NCBI GenBank assembly: GCA_051362555.1
Contig: CM120640.1
Span: 4,650,001 to 4,714,000, forward strand
DNA length: 64,000 nucleotides
DNA from: Lingula anatina
Lineage: Eukaryota; Animalia; Brachiopoda
Direction of reading: 5' to 3'
The notes below the pieces were generated by a model. That model was given only the letters and a program-made list of their open reading frames with translations. It was not told where the DNA came from and did not search any database. This document shows, one piece after another, positions 22,515-36,173 of the stretch. The stretch's first letter is position 1, and every line of letters begins with the position of its first letter. Made by a program: the position numbers and the translations under genes.

Positions 22515-25500
22515 TCACCTACGCCTCTTGCCGGTCAGGTGAGGGGGGTCTTGTTGATCTGTGGAATAAACATAAACCATTTATTATCATACCTTTTATG
22601 AACAAAAAAAGGGTATTAATTTTAATTCTCTGACACAGAAACATAACCAGTAGATCTTGCTCACTGATGTATTTCAAACCAAACTAACAAGTGACAATGC
22701 AGTTGACGACAACAGTTTTATGTAACACATTTACACTGAAGATACAGAATTTCCCAAAATGAAAAAAAAAAAAAAAGATTTTACTGCTCTTGTCACAGCA
22801 AAGTGGTTTAAAAAACTGTCTCTCACCTTTTGCTGATCTAGTTGATCTTGTGGTTCTCTTTTGTGCAGGTTCCAAAGATGACTCGGGTGCATTTTTCAAA
22901 CCTTTATTCTTAGCACCAGGTTTTTCTTCTGCTGAAAAATTAAAATAAAAGTTTCAAGTATTTTTTCAATGTCATGTAAAGAAATGCAGTCTAAAAGCCT
23001 GACAAGCTTTTGCTTGAATAGTCTACATTTATGAAACATGGTTATTTTACCCACATGACATGACATACAAAAATAAAATAGTTCTGTACATTCACATCTG
23101 ACATAAGAGGAAATCACCATTTCATACTTCTATTCAATATTTCACGAGCTAAAACTATGTTTTTTTACCTTTATTTTTTGCATTCTTTCTGCAAGGCCCC
23201 TTTTTGCCGTCCCCATTTTCTGAAATGTCCTCTTTTTTCACTTTCCCCTTCTGTAATGGTTCTGCTTCATTCTGGTTATCTGAAATAACTTGGGCTTCTT
23301 TGTGAGCTCTGCTTCTAGTTCTCGTACCCCTTGTCAACTGATCTGCTTCAGTCTTAGTGCCAATATCAACACTTTTTCCAGCAGTCCTTCCCAATTTTAA
23401 TGTAGCCTTTTGGGTCTCTGCCTGAATTGGGCCATTTTTGGCTTTATTGCCACTTACTGGTTCTTTCCTGCGTGCATTCCTCCGATTTCCCATCTTTAAA
23501 TCATTGAGAGAGACATTGTCATCTTCACTAGACAGAAGTTCCTCAGAAAGCACATTTTCACTGTTCTCATCTTTCATCTTTTTCATCTGATTTTGAGTCA
23601 TTTCAGGAGAAGGTTCTTCACTCACCTCCAACTTTCTCTTTCCACGTAATGCCCTGACACTCTTATTGGTGCCCTCTTCTGTATTGTTCACTGGGGTGGT
23701 AGCATTTACAGTCTCTACTTTCTGTCGGCTTCTTGGAGTGGATCTCGTTACGGGTGTGGTTCTGGTAACTGGAGATTCTCTCTTGCTTGCTCTTGTTGCT
23801 CTGTGTCCATCCTTTTCAAGACTACCATTACTGTGATTTGATTCAACAGATTCTCGGTTTTTTCTCTGCATCACTCGGTCTGCTTTCGGTGTTATTTCTG
23901 CTTTTGCTTCAGAGCTTAAGTTTTCATTGATATTTTCTTGCCTTACAGAGCTCTGTTCCTCCATCTCTTTACATTCATTACTTGGGCTATGAGAACCTTC
24001 ATTCTCTGGAGGATTTTCAGGTAGAACTTCTTCCGCTTGATTATTTTCAGGTTCATTTTCTTTCTTTACTTCTGAATCTAATTTATTTATTTTGGTACTA
24101 GAATTTTCTTCACAACCTTCCAGCTTCCTTTTTACACCTTTACTTGGGTCTGTCTGTTTGGCATCTGTCTGTTCTTCTTGCTTCTCACTCTCTTTGTGCT
24201 GTATTTCATTCTCTTCAGGTTCGTGACTAGTTGATTCAGAGGAGCTTAGTTCAGGTTTATGATACATGTGATCTGAAGTCTCTGTATTTACCGTATGACT
24301 AACACTCTCTTTAGAGGAAGTTTCTACTGAAAATGGTTTTACCATCTGAACTGGAGGGACTTGGACCAGTCGTCCAGGTGAGTGGCCTATAGAGGGAGGC
24401 ACTCTCTGTACCTGTACAGCCTGTGTGACTGGCACTGTGTGGTGTGACTTAACGGTACCGACTAGCTGCTGAACTGGAGTAGGGCTGGGTGACTGCTGGC
24501 AATTTTGCCCTGGACTTGACTGTTGGTACTGTTCTTTGGACTGGGCAGTCAACTGTCCATGTGAGCTTGCTGTGGGGCTAAGTGGGCTTACCTGTACAGG
24601 AGAAGGTGTGGGAAATGTGGCATTAGGACTCAAGGCCCCCAATTCCAGCGGACTTCTCCTACTCTTGGGACTGTGACTCTCAGACCACCTAGCTAACATC
24701 TCCATATTTGACACACCATCCTGCTGAATTATTCTAGTTGGTACAGTCTTGGGGAGAACTAAACTAGGAGGATGTCCTAGGATGTGAGTTTGCATAGGCT
24801 GTGCTGTGGCCAGGGTAGCCAACGGTTTCACAATGGGTGTGCGCCCTTCTTCAACAGCTCCCATGGGTGGAACTAATTTTTGCACAGACTCTGTTAACCC
24901 ATAGGGAAACATTGGGGCTGTGACAGTGTGTGCTTGACTCGTTAACAGTGAAGGTGCCGTATGAAGGGATTTCTGAACAAAATTAAGAAATGAAGGGTTG
25001 TGTGCAAAGGCTATACCACCTGTGTTGAGAAGACTCCTGCTGGCTAGGGGTGAAGCCTTATGTGCTGCTGGGACGGGAGCTTTAGTGAAGGCACTGCTTG
25101 TTAAGTGTGTGCTTGTGATGGACTGATGTGTTGTCACCACAGAGGTCACACTGGGGGGAGATCTACTCTGATGGGCAACTAAAGAGACAGGGGAGGATGA
25201 TACTGGCAACCCATCAGTTCTGGTCACCTTTTCTTCGTGCAGTATACTGTCAATGGAGAAGGATGAAGACTTGGCTGGGTGCTGAGAGGAGCACACAGGT
25301 GGTGCTTCAGGGGGAAGCTTCATCTCTGTTGTTGACAAGGGTTCTACTTCTGGCTCTGGCAACTGGGGTTTTTCCTGGGCATCAACTTCAGCACTCTCAA
25401 CGGCAGGGATCTCAAAGCTCTTCACATCAACTGGAGACTGAGTGGGAGCCAGCTGCTCTGCAACATCTTCAGTATTCTCTGTTTGGTTTGACTCAAGGGG

Positions 25501-28500
25501 TAAGGCTGATACTGGAGGAAAACTACACACTTCTGGACTGGGAATTTGTGCCTCTCTCCTAATTTCTGCATCTCGATCATACATAGGTTTTAAAATAGAG
25601 ATTCCTTTATGGCGAAGCTTGCTGGGAGGTTTTGATGGAGAAGGGCTTGCTTCTTTTGTATTAGTGTCTGCATGACTTAAAGGTACATCCTCTTCTGTGC
25701 ACAAATTTTCTTTGCTGATAATATCATTTACAGCAGAATTCATCCCACTTTCTCCAGGTGGTTGCTCTTCTTGATTACTATCAACAACATTGGTATTTTC
25801 AGAAGTTGGAATGTGTACATCTTCAGTTTCTAGAACTGACTCAGTAACAGTGTTTGTCTCTTTTTGTTCACCTTCCACAGGTATATCTTTTATCTCTGAA
25901 CTATTTATTTCCTTGGTCTCAAGCTGCTGAATAGGTAAAGAAGGTTCCACTACTTCTGCTTCTGGGGTCATATCTGAAACATCTTTATCACCAGGCTCAT
26001 CTTTTTGCTGACCTTCATTAATTGGCATAACATCCTCAGTGACTACAGAAGCTGGGGGATTAACAGTGTCTCCAATGTCCATAACACCTTGGTCAATATT
26101 TGGTGATGAGAGGTCAGATACATCACCATCTTTGTCCGTTTCCTCTACAACAGTTGCCTGCTCAGTCTGATATTCACTCACCGAGTCCTTCACTACAGAA
26201 ATCTCTGCAGATGTATCTTCATTAGCAGATGCCATATTTTCCTCAATCCCCATGGGAATATTTTCTGTACTTTCATTAACAGGAGTTTCTGTTGCATTTA
26301 CTTCAGTACTTTCAATATCTGGCTTCCCCGCACTCTCTCCTTCATCTTTCCCATCATTTCTCAACTCATCTTCATGAGCTATACTGCTGCTGTTATAATC
26401 AGTAACTTCATTTTCATTTTCGCCAATAGATGGCAGCATGGTCACCTCTTTCTCCACTATAGCTGTCTCCTTTTCTGAGTTAGTGAGCTCCCCATCTTTA
26501 CAGTCTGGTATAACTGCTATCTCATCATTCCCAACAACAGGGGCATCTTCCTTGGGAATGTTAGTCTCCATTGCAGAATCACAAACGTCCAATTTTTCTT
26601 CATCATTTCCAGTATTGCTTTGTGAATCAATTGGTAAAGCACACTTCACTTCAGAGTCATTTCCAGCATCTTCTGAAATTGAATCTGTGCTCTCTGCTTC
26701 TAAAACGCTACTAGCATTGTCAGTGTGAGATGTGTGAGACGTCTCAATTGGCACATCCATAGACTCCACTAGTGGTGATGAGGTATTCAAGTTTGTTTCA
26801 TTTTGCTCAGTTTTAATTTCAGCAGCTTCACATGGTAAGGGATTCTCCTCTATTTGTGGTGACTTGGTTGTTTCTACAGCAGTAGGTTGTTCTTCCATAT
26901 CCATTTTGCCTTGTTCAGGAGACTTCTCCTCCATATCTTCAGATGGCACCTTGGAAATCTCTACTTTATCTTCACTCGCTGAACTTGATGGTTCTGAAAG
27001 GAAAAGGTAAAAAAATAAGAATACTGTCTGAAAATTGCTATACCAATCTTTAAAATAAGCTATATTTTGCAATAAAATCTTTCAAACTGGCAAACAATTA
27101 AGTCCAGGGCAGTTTATGGTCTGATAATAAAATTCAATACCCTAATATTACTCTGTTGAAATGATGATGACTCTAGCTGGATTTACAATAAGCATTTTAT
27201 TGATCCGAAGCTACAAGTACAGGAAATAATAGGCTTACTGTGGAGGGCAAATCTAGATTGGGATGACTTCCAAATTGAATGAATGAATGAATGTATGTGA
27301 ACCCTGCCAGAATCAAAAGCCTTCCTTAGAAGGTTATTTTCCCCAAAAAACTTTATTACAAAATATAACCTCAAAGTTCATTTTCCTTCCAAAGATTGTT
27401 ACAATTAATAATATAGCTTCAAAGTTCATTTTCCCCCCAAATATTATAACAAATACAACCCAAATTCCCAGACCGAACCATATTTGCAAAAACGGTATTT
27501 CTTTGGTTTAGGTAATGATTAAATTAACCTGGCTTTTTGTAAGCACAGTTTGCAGTTTCAATGGCTACCAGGCCAAAGATACTTATTTTAGATCAATATA
27601 CCTCGTTTTCTTGCCAAGAAAAATAAATCTTCATTAATAATATTACAAAAAATTTTAACCATGTGCAATATTTGCAGAGGTAAATATTTATGTTACTACA
27701 CACAAAGTATAGAGCAGATTATAAATCAACACAGGAATAAGTGAGTTGTCTATTATCCTTCAGACAGTGCACAAGATTAATCTTGCCTTTCACATACCCT
27801 CTTTCAGTCCTCTCTTATCTATAAGCCCATGTTGTGCTTGAATGTTGAAGTTAAATCACTGAACTGACATCTTACAAAATTGCACACATACACACAAACA
27901 AGGAAAAAAGAACAAGAGCAAGGCAAAAGGAGGTAGTAAAAGGATGTTATAAATAAATCTTTTTTAACAGTTCAAACAATATTCTTAATGGTCCACTTCA
28001 GATTATGTCAACTTCCTTCAAGGCAGCTGGTACATGAACAATGCTGTGTGGTTTGTATCACCCAGTCACTGGCAACTGTTACAAAAGATTTAATGGAGTT
28101 GAAATTTTGTCTTTTGTTGAGATTCTATAGTCACCCTACCCTTTATAATGAAAACTGGGGTCATGCAAAAAAAAAAAAAAAAAAAAAAAAACAACAACAA
28201 AAAAAAAACATTATTTAATTTCCATATTTTGATTAAATCATCTTGGTTATGTAATCACAGAAACCAAAACCAACCTGTGTAGTAGCTGCACATATAACTG
28301 TACCTAGTCTATAAATATCATGCCTGTTTAAACTACATAAATTTTGCAATGTTTTTAGAGCGATAACAGTAGCTTTTAGACATCTGCATACATTTGTCAC
28401 ACATATTTTACAATGGGAGTTGTATGTTTTCAGACTGGACAGACTGTAAAATATTCCCAGAGACCAAAGCAGAGTCCCAGGTCGTTTGCACCTGCACTTG

Positions 28501-31500
28501 AGTTTGTCTACACATCACACCTACTGACAGTTACATTCTATCCATTACAATGCCTCCCTTCTCTACCTAACCTGACATGACTGCAAATCCACTAAGCAGG
28601 TAACGTCTGATTGTACAAGAACCCAAAGAAATTCCCATTTAAAAGAATAATAAGAAAAAACAATCTATATTTAGGTATCCTATTTCCCCCACCTTTTCAG
28701 GAACTGTGGGAAACACCAGTCATTTATCTTCCTTCACAAAATAAGCTGCCCCAACAGCAGTCTTTCATTATGTGCTTGGCTCTCGCCCAAACCATTAGGA
28801 AATCCAGGCACATAACCTAGTAACATAATCAGCAATATGCAACTCAATATTTCTCTGCATGCTGTCTCGCAAAACTGCTGCCATTTGCAATGCTGCTACT
28901 GTACACTAGGAATATATAATTAAAATATTGACACATTTTAGAGTGAAGAGTGAAGTGGAAATTAAATATAATCTTTTTGATTCCTAAGAAATCTTTTCCT
29001 GAAGAAGCGGAATATTTAATCAGCTACTTATCATTCTGACCTAGAGCCCAAGCTAACCAAGACAGAGATGATCTGATCAGACTTTTCTTAAGTTCCACTC
29101 GAACAAGCAAAATCCTTTCCTTTTACCTTTTGACCTTCCTAAGTTGTGTATCCCGTGCACCACCAAGAGGCCCCAGCACCAACGTGAAACTGTTGTCTAC
29201 CAGTGCAGTGCCACAGTATATAGCACACATGACATTTTCATGCAGGTCATGTGACTTATCAGTATGCCAGTCTAATCCATCAAATAAGGCCAAGCCTCAG
29301 CACAGTCTCAAGAAATAGAGCTCTGATTTATGGCACTTGTCCAAAACTAAGCTCCATAAGATTTAAATCCCAGATTTTTTTTTGGAGGCATTTGATGTTT
29401 TGACAGGAAAACAAATACGGCCTGTCTCATGAAATCAGCAATGCAACTAAGATACATGTAGGTTCGAAGCGTATTCTATATATGTAGTTGAACCCAACAG
29501 GAATAACAATTATTTTTTAAAAATGAAAATTGCAAGGAGCTACTTAAAGGAAGTAAATGTGCACCTTAATAAGGAAAAAGAAAGTTTCTTATTGATAAAA
29601 CTCTGAATTAAAATTACCTAACTATAAAGTTCACAGCAGATAATTCATTTTTGATTCACAAACAACCATCATTTCCATGAATACTGGTGTACCCTCATTT
29701 CTAAGCAATTGGTATATGCCGTCACACATTATTTTCATTTCCAAGCACTGAGCCTCAGTTCCAAAACGACCCTTAATTGGGACAAAACTAGCTGGAAATA
29801 ATCACACAGGAAGACTGAGCTAGACTAAACCTCTCTTTTTGTATTTCTAATATGAAGCACAAGATGCAGTTTTGTTCCTGCATGCTAGTTAAAGTTTACA
29901 ATTGAAGCCACTTGTAATATACACAACAGTCAATTATAACCACAGACTCAATGACACACCAAAATGTCGCATTTAGACAGACCATTTCTACACTCCGACT
30001 CTTTTTTCAACAATAAATAAATGCAAATTAGAGGTGGACCTACATTATCACTGAGACAAACAGTGACCTCTCATTGACTTCTAAAATTATCTGTCAAAAT
30101 GATGAAGTGGTGATAACACCTGTTGCCTTTTTAACCTCAAATACCAAGCAACAAAAGTGAGGGTTGTGTAAGAAAAAAACTGACCAACTTTTATTTTGGA
30201 AATCCCTATAAAAAAATCTACTGCCATTAGAATCATATTTTAAAACTAAAATGATGTGGCAAGTTTTCACACATTTAAGAAACCTAGATCATCAATGACC
30301 AAATAAAACTGCCTCTTGAGATGGACAGATAACAACCTGCAACATAAGAAGACTAACCTGCTACAAACAAGGCACTCTCTTGGGTTTCTTCTGAAGTGGT
30401 AGGTAAATCCGTCACTGGAAAGGTTTCTTCTTTAGCTGTGCCAATGGGTACAGGGGATTCATCAATCACTGGCCTGATACTATCAGGTTCAACTTTTGAT
30501 TCTGATTCAGTGTCATTCACCTCCTGACTTTGAGTGTCCAGTTCTACAGGAACTTCACGTGAAGTTGTCTGATCTTCACATTCCTTGAAAGTGCCACTGG
30601 CCGTGTCTACATCTATCCTTTTGGAATCTATTTCTGTATGACAGTTCATCACATTGTTGTTTTCTCCTGAGTGTGAATTGGTCAACATTTCAATTTTTTC
30701 ACTTTTAAGTGGTAGAATTTCACTTGAATGAAAATTCATGCCCAACTCCTTTTTCTTTAAAATATCCAAAGATTTGGTATCTGTGAACACATCCATTGCA
30801 TTTTGCACTTCAATACTTCCAAAGCCTTTCTTGTCATCCGAGAAATCAAAATGAGATTTGAGCAATGTTTTCTCCAATTTATTGTACTCTATGTCTGGTG
30901 GCTTTGGTGAAGTTGAAAGTGCATAATTTACTGTCACAATATTCACATCTCTCCTATCAGCAACAATGGTTGACTCACTGACAGGAGGATCATGCATGCT
31001 CTCCATACTACTGTGTGGACTTGAATCAGAGGAGCTGACAGAGCCAGTATGATTTGGCCTGGAGTTGGAGTGGTCATGTTGAATGTGATCATCAAACGAC
31101 TGACTGCTGAGTTCAGAATCATGGTTATGATTGACAGTCAGTCCAGATGGATGATTAGGTGATTGTCGGCCCGTGTCCAGCTTGACCCCACTGCCTTCAG
31201 AATTTTCAGTTCCCACTCCACTTTCCGGAGAAACATTTCCAACAACATCATTGACAATTGTTTCTTTCAGCTTTGCTTTTACATGCTCCTCATAATTTTC
31301 TAACTTATTCACAATTGGGGTTTCAACAGTTTCTTTGGTCCTGATATCGTCTTCTTTGCTGACATTTTCTGCTGGATCGTTTTCATAGGACGATTCCTGC
31401 TGTGGAGATTCTGGATTCAGAGTCTTTTCCTCTGTGGTATTCACAGGTTGTGCACCCTCCTGTTCATTCATTACACCAGTAGACACTGAGGGGACACTGA

Positions 31501-34500
31501 GAGAGTCCTCCTCTCCAACTTTACGTCCTTCATTATGATCAGTCACTGAAGTTCTTTGGAGAATTTCTCCATTTGGTGCATCAGTGTCGCCCTGAGTTTT
31601 AGACACGTTTTCCTCCACAAAATCTACAGATACCCTAGCCTCTGGAATCAAGTCACTTTGTTGAGACCCAGATGATGCTTCAGACTTCGGTATTACATTC
31701 GTATTACCCGTCTTTCGTGCATTATGAGAAAATAAGTCACTAGGCCTGTTATATAGCCTTGTATCATGTGGCAACCAATTGTGTAAATGTCCAGCTGCAA
31801 AGGATCCAGCCCCTGCTGCCAACCTCTCACTAAACTGTCTTTTCTTTTCATCTATAATTAGTCCTTCCGAGTCCCTTTCAATGGGTTCTAACTGACCAGT
31901 GTATGGATTTACCATTTTTTCAGGACTGAACTCTGAAAAGACTTCAAACCTCTCTGAGGGAAAAGTTCTTTGATGAGGCACCTTGCCTAATTTTGATAAT
32001 CCTGGTACTGTGACAAGCTCTGGTAATGATTGCGATGTTAGGGTTGAGGTTGATGCGGAAGTTGTAGTCCTGATGCAAGCTGAAGCTGTTGTGCTCAATG
32101 TTCCAGTGGTACTTAGAGCTGCAGGGTTCAGCTCTGCTAAAGGGTTTGGTATGCTCTCTATGCTCACTTCTCCCTGGACAGATGTGGGAGTAGCCACCTT
32201 GGCCTGGCCATCTTTGGGCTTCCTGGGACGCCGCTTTTTCTTTGGGGGAGGTTCACCAAAATGAGGGAAGGGTCCCTGCATAGGGAACTTTCCCACTGAT
32301 GGCAAATGATTTGCATGACCACCAGACAGGTCCATCTGCAGAAGGTTCACCAACAGAGGACTGGATGTGGACAGGTCTGTGCTTGGCCTTGGAAGATTGT
32401 TCAGCTGATGAGGGTAGGCCATGGGCGAGGGCGGTGATCCTGGTGCCTGACTTACAGTTGTGGACAGCCGTGGTGAGCCAGCCTGTACTTGGCTGGTGGT
32501 AGGGGAAGGTAAGTTGTGACTAGTAGTTGGTGAAGTATAGCCAGTCAGGCTCCTGCCTGGAGGTGTGTTATAAAAAGGAGTATTCCTCCCAGGTGATGTG
32601 TAAGCTGGCTGACTAATGTGGTGAAATGGGATGGGATCACTGCGAGTAACAACAGTATTTGGGGACTTAAAGCCTCCTGGCTCAAATATTGAATCAAATA
32701 TTGTCCCTGATGTGGAAGAAGATGCTGTTGCTGTAGCAGTTGATGTTGCTGCTGCTGCCGCTGCTGTAGATCCCTGCTGTCTCAAATATTGTGCAATGTT
32801 TTTCCTTGTAGATTCAACACCACTTGGCCCTGCTCGATTCATGGAATCAGAAGTGGCCATGTCAAACATATTGCTACTACTAGATCCAGACTGTCCAGCA
32901 GTACGAAACACCAACTGTGTCCTTTCATTGTTCTTCCCAGCTATTGTTAATGAAATGACCTCATCTCCCTCTATCTGTACAGCTAAAACCCCCAGCTCTA
33001 GCAGGGTCCTGTCTCCATGGGCTGCTAGCTGACGTAACCTGACTGCAGCTTCTTTGGGGATATTGAATGTGACCCGCACACTGTTCCATGGTTCAACCTT
33101 TTTCAAGATCAGCTTTTCTTTTTCTGAAAAACAAATTGAAAAACCTTATGAAAACATGATCAAAATAACCTCTTTTTTTTGTTGTTTTTGTTCAGAATAT
33201 CTTTCTTTAAATTCTTTCTTCCATTAAAAATTAATGAGGACAACAGAGCTTAAAATACTGAATTTGCTTTGCAGTGCCTTTCAATTTATAATGTATATTT
33301 AGGTCCTGGAAACTAGTAAGTGGCAGTTTTCCTACATAACACATAGGCCTTATTTTTCTGCATTTACTTTTATAACTTCAATTTTTAAAATACTGTTTAC
33401 TGTTAGGAAATGACAAATTTTTGAAAGATCTTTAAAAATCCAAGTAGGTCACACCAAATAAACAAAAGTTGAAATATACAAAACATATTTTAATGTATTT
33501 TTTATGAGTAATTTCATTATTTATGCTATTTCCTTAACAATAAATTAAATATAAAAGCATTGAATTCTGGGATTTTAAAGAAAATATCAAAGAAACAAAA
33601 CATTAATTCAATAATCAGTTAATTATATAGAACATACAATTTAAAACAAATTTCAAATGCAAATGACCATTGGGAAGATAAATTGAACTGACAAAAAGCA
33701 ATAAAGAAATCATAATTTATGCATATCTGCAAAATCATCTTGATTTCAAACAATGTGATGCTGGAGTATTTGCTCACATCTCCGTTCACCCACTAATATT
33801 GAAAAACTACAGATCATTTGCTGAGAACTATTTCTTTCCCTGCATTATCACTTGGCCTAGTTCTTTCTATGCAGTTGTTGACTTAACTGTAGAACTGGCA
33901 TATTGCCAACTATCAAATAATTAAATTCAGAATTATTCCCAAACACCATTAACCTGCATAGACCACAGGTAACATATCTGATTAGATCAACTAATTAAAA
34001 TATGACATTAATTGTGATTGATCACCATAATACAACATTACCATGGCAACCAATACCCTTTATATAAATTATTATCAATGAAGAAAAATAATACCAACTA
34101 GAGGATCAGAGAGGCGATACCGCCTCCAGATATTGTACCACCAGCTGGAGTAAGCACATTCGTATGGACCCCCCCCCCCCCTCCTAAAAGGGACACCATC
34201 ACCAGTCTGGTGTTTGACAAGCTCTATAAGATGCAATCAACAAGAGTTCTCAAAATATGCAAAAAATATAACTAAAAATGATACAATCAAGCAGATTTTC
34301 AAATTGACTTGCATTTTCCTACCCTTGCTCACTACTGTATTCTCTAGACAAAAGGCCTATTGGTTTTCCTTGAAATGTGTTGTCAATGGTGCATATATGC
34401 TGACAAAAGAGAAAACCCAGGGGAAACAATGGGCACATCTCTGCTAGATTTAAAGATATGAGAGGCAAGAAAATATGCAAAGCTCAGTTCATGGTGAAAA

Positions 34501-36173
34501 AGTAGGTCAAAGGTCAATTTCAATATCATAGTATATGAATTTCTATTCAAGTTCAATAGCAACCATGGACATTTCTTTGCCAATTTTGCAGATTTAAAGG
34601 CCAGAAAACATGCAAAAAGCAGTTCATCATAAAAAGTAGGTCAAAGGTCAATTTCAAGGTCACAGATTGCTAGTGTATTACTTCCTATTCAAGTTCAATA
34701 GTAACTATGGACCTATCTGTCAGTTTTGAAGATAAAGGTGAACGAAAATTTGCTAAGTTCAGTTCATAGTAAAAGGAAGGTCAAAGGTCAATTTAAAGGT
34801 CACAGTAAATTGCCAGTTCATGACTTCCTATTTAAGTTCAATAGTAACTATGGACCTATCTCTGCCAGTTTTGGAGATTAAAGGGAACAAAAATTGGCAA
34901 AGTTCAATTTATGGTGAAAAGTAGGTCAAAGGTCAATTTTAAGGTCACTGATTAATTGCCAGTATGTGACTTCCTATTCAAGTTTAATAGTGACTATGGA
35001 CCTATCTCTGCCAGTTTTGGAGATTAAAGGGAACAAAAATTGGCAAAGTTCAATTCATGGTGAAAAGTAGGTCAAAGGTCAATTTCAAGCTCACATCTAG
35101 ATTGCAAGTAAATGACTTCCTATTCAACTTAAATAATAACTATTGACCTATCTCTGCCAGTTTTGGAGATACAAGGGACTAAATGTTACAATTCTGAGTT
35201 ACAAAAATGTGCCACCACAAAGTACTTTTTAATACAGCATAACACGAAAACCGTATGAAATACAAAAAAACGGAGACCACTCTCAGTGTTGGGCTTTACA
35301 TGCTCTACAAAATGCAAAAAAGAACGGGTCGCTAGCATTAACGGTTCCCGAATTAGAGACAGTTTTCATTTTCGGTATTTTATGGCCGCTACTCCTGTGA
35401 AAATGCACCGATTGACCCCAAATTCACAGAGATGAAAGATGACCCAAAGGGTAACACTTTCCAATATAATTATTGGTTAAGTCTGTGTAGTGTCTGAATA
35501 ACAGTGCAAATAATATTTTTTTTCGTAAAAAATTTCATTTTTTTGAAAATTTTGGCCCGTTTGACCTTGAAATAAAGGTCAAAGGTCAAATCCAAGGGCA
35601 TATTTGAAATCTACACATATGACTTTTGGAAAGCTGTCTGTAGAAAATTTTCCCATAATTCCTTCCGTAGGGTAGATAATTGGCATTGAATTTTCAAAAA
35701 TTTTGACAAGGGTGCATTTCAAGGAGCGTCACGCCCAGGTCAATGTACCGACTGAGACAAAAAAACCTGGGGGTTCAAGTTGAGGTTATATGTGACCTAA
35801 ATCCAAGAGATGGGGACAGGGGTCCTTGCGGTCTAGGAGGAGAAGCGGTAACGGTGACTTGTATCCGGCGCCAGTACGCGGAGCCGGCGGAGCTTACGGA
35901 GCCGGCGGAGCCGGCGGAGCCAACGGAGCCGGCGGAGCCGGCGGAGCCGGCGGAGCCGGACGAGACGGGTCGGGACTAAAACCATGAGTACCGCCAGCGT
36001 ACACGCTGGTGGTACTAATAAAGCACTATTAATGTTTTTCATTGAAAATTACCTTTTAACAATAATTTTGTTAATTTCCTTTCCAGACTTTTTAGTCTAA
36101 CAGGTAGGTTGGGGTCATTGAAATCTCCCTCACAGGTGAAGACAGTCTCAATATAGGTCTCTTGTGGCCCCAT
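22515..36173 (-). CDS. NCOA6: Nuclear receptor coactivator 6-like (NCOA6/ASC-2), about 2286 aa
   Basis: Exons 36173-36053, 33123-30358, 26993-23169, 22931-22827, 22558-22515, all joined in phase 1 (6861 nt). Diagnostic N-terminal domain (ETVFTCEGDFNDP..KVEPWNSVRVTFNIPKEAAVRLRQLA..LGVLAVQIEG), LxxLL box SSPLLVNLLQ (32339-32353) and basic NLS KKKRRPRKPK. The remainder is long and low-complexity, so extra or alternative exons are possible. Confidence 0.88.
34098..36016 (-). mobile_element. Second Helentron/HINE copy (same family as 1470-5860), in an NCOA6 intron
   Basis: Reverse-complement match across the 5' hairpin (about 35988-36015), 9-mer microsatellite, core, about 5 diverged 146-bp monomers (about 34440-35180), 3' subTIR, GAGGCGATACCGCCTC stem-loop and CTAG end. 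Confidence 0.88.

Noticed and set aside
23155-27072. 1305-aa ORF as a standalone gene
   Set aside because: Has an acceptor at 26993 and a donor at 23169 in phase with NCOA6 exons; the upstream part of the ORF is intronic pyrimidine tract.
29125-29300. Possible extra NCOA6 exon (open frame ending at a GTAA donor)
   Set aside because: The open frame ends in phase 2 whereas the next exon needs phase 1; the phase-1 frame contains a stop.
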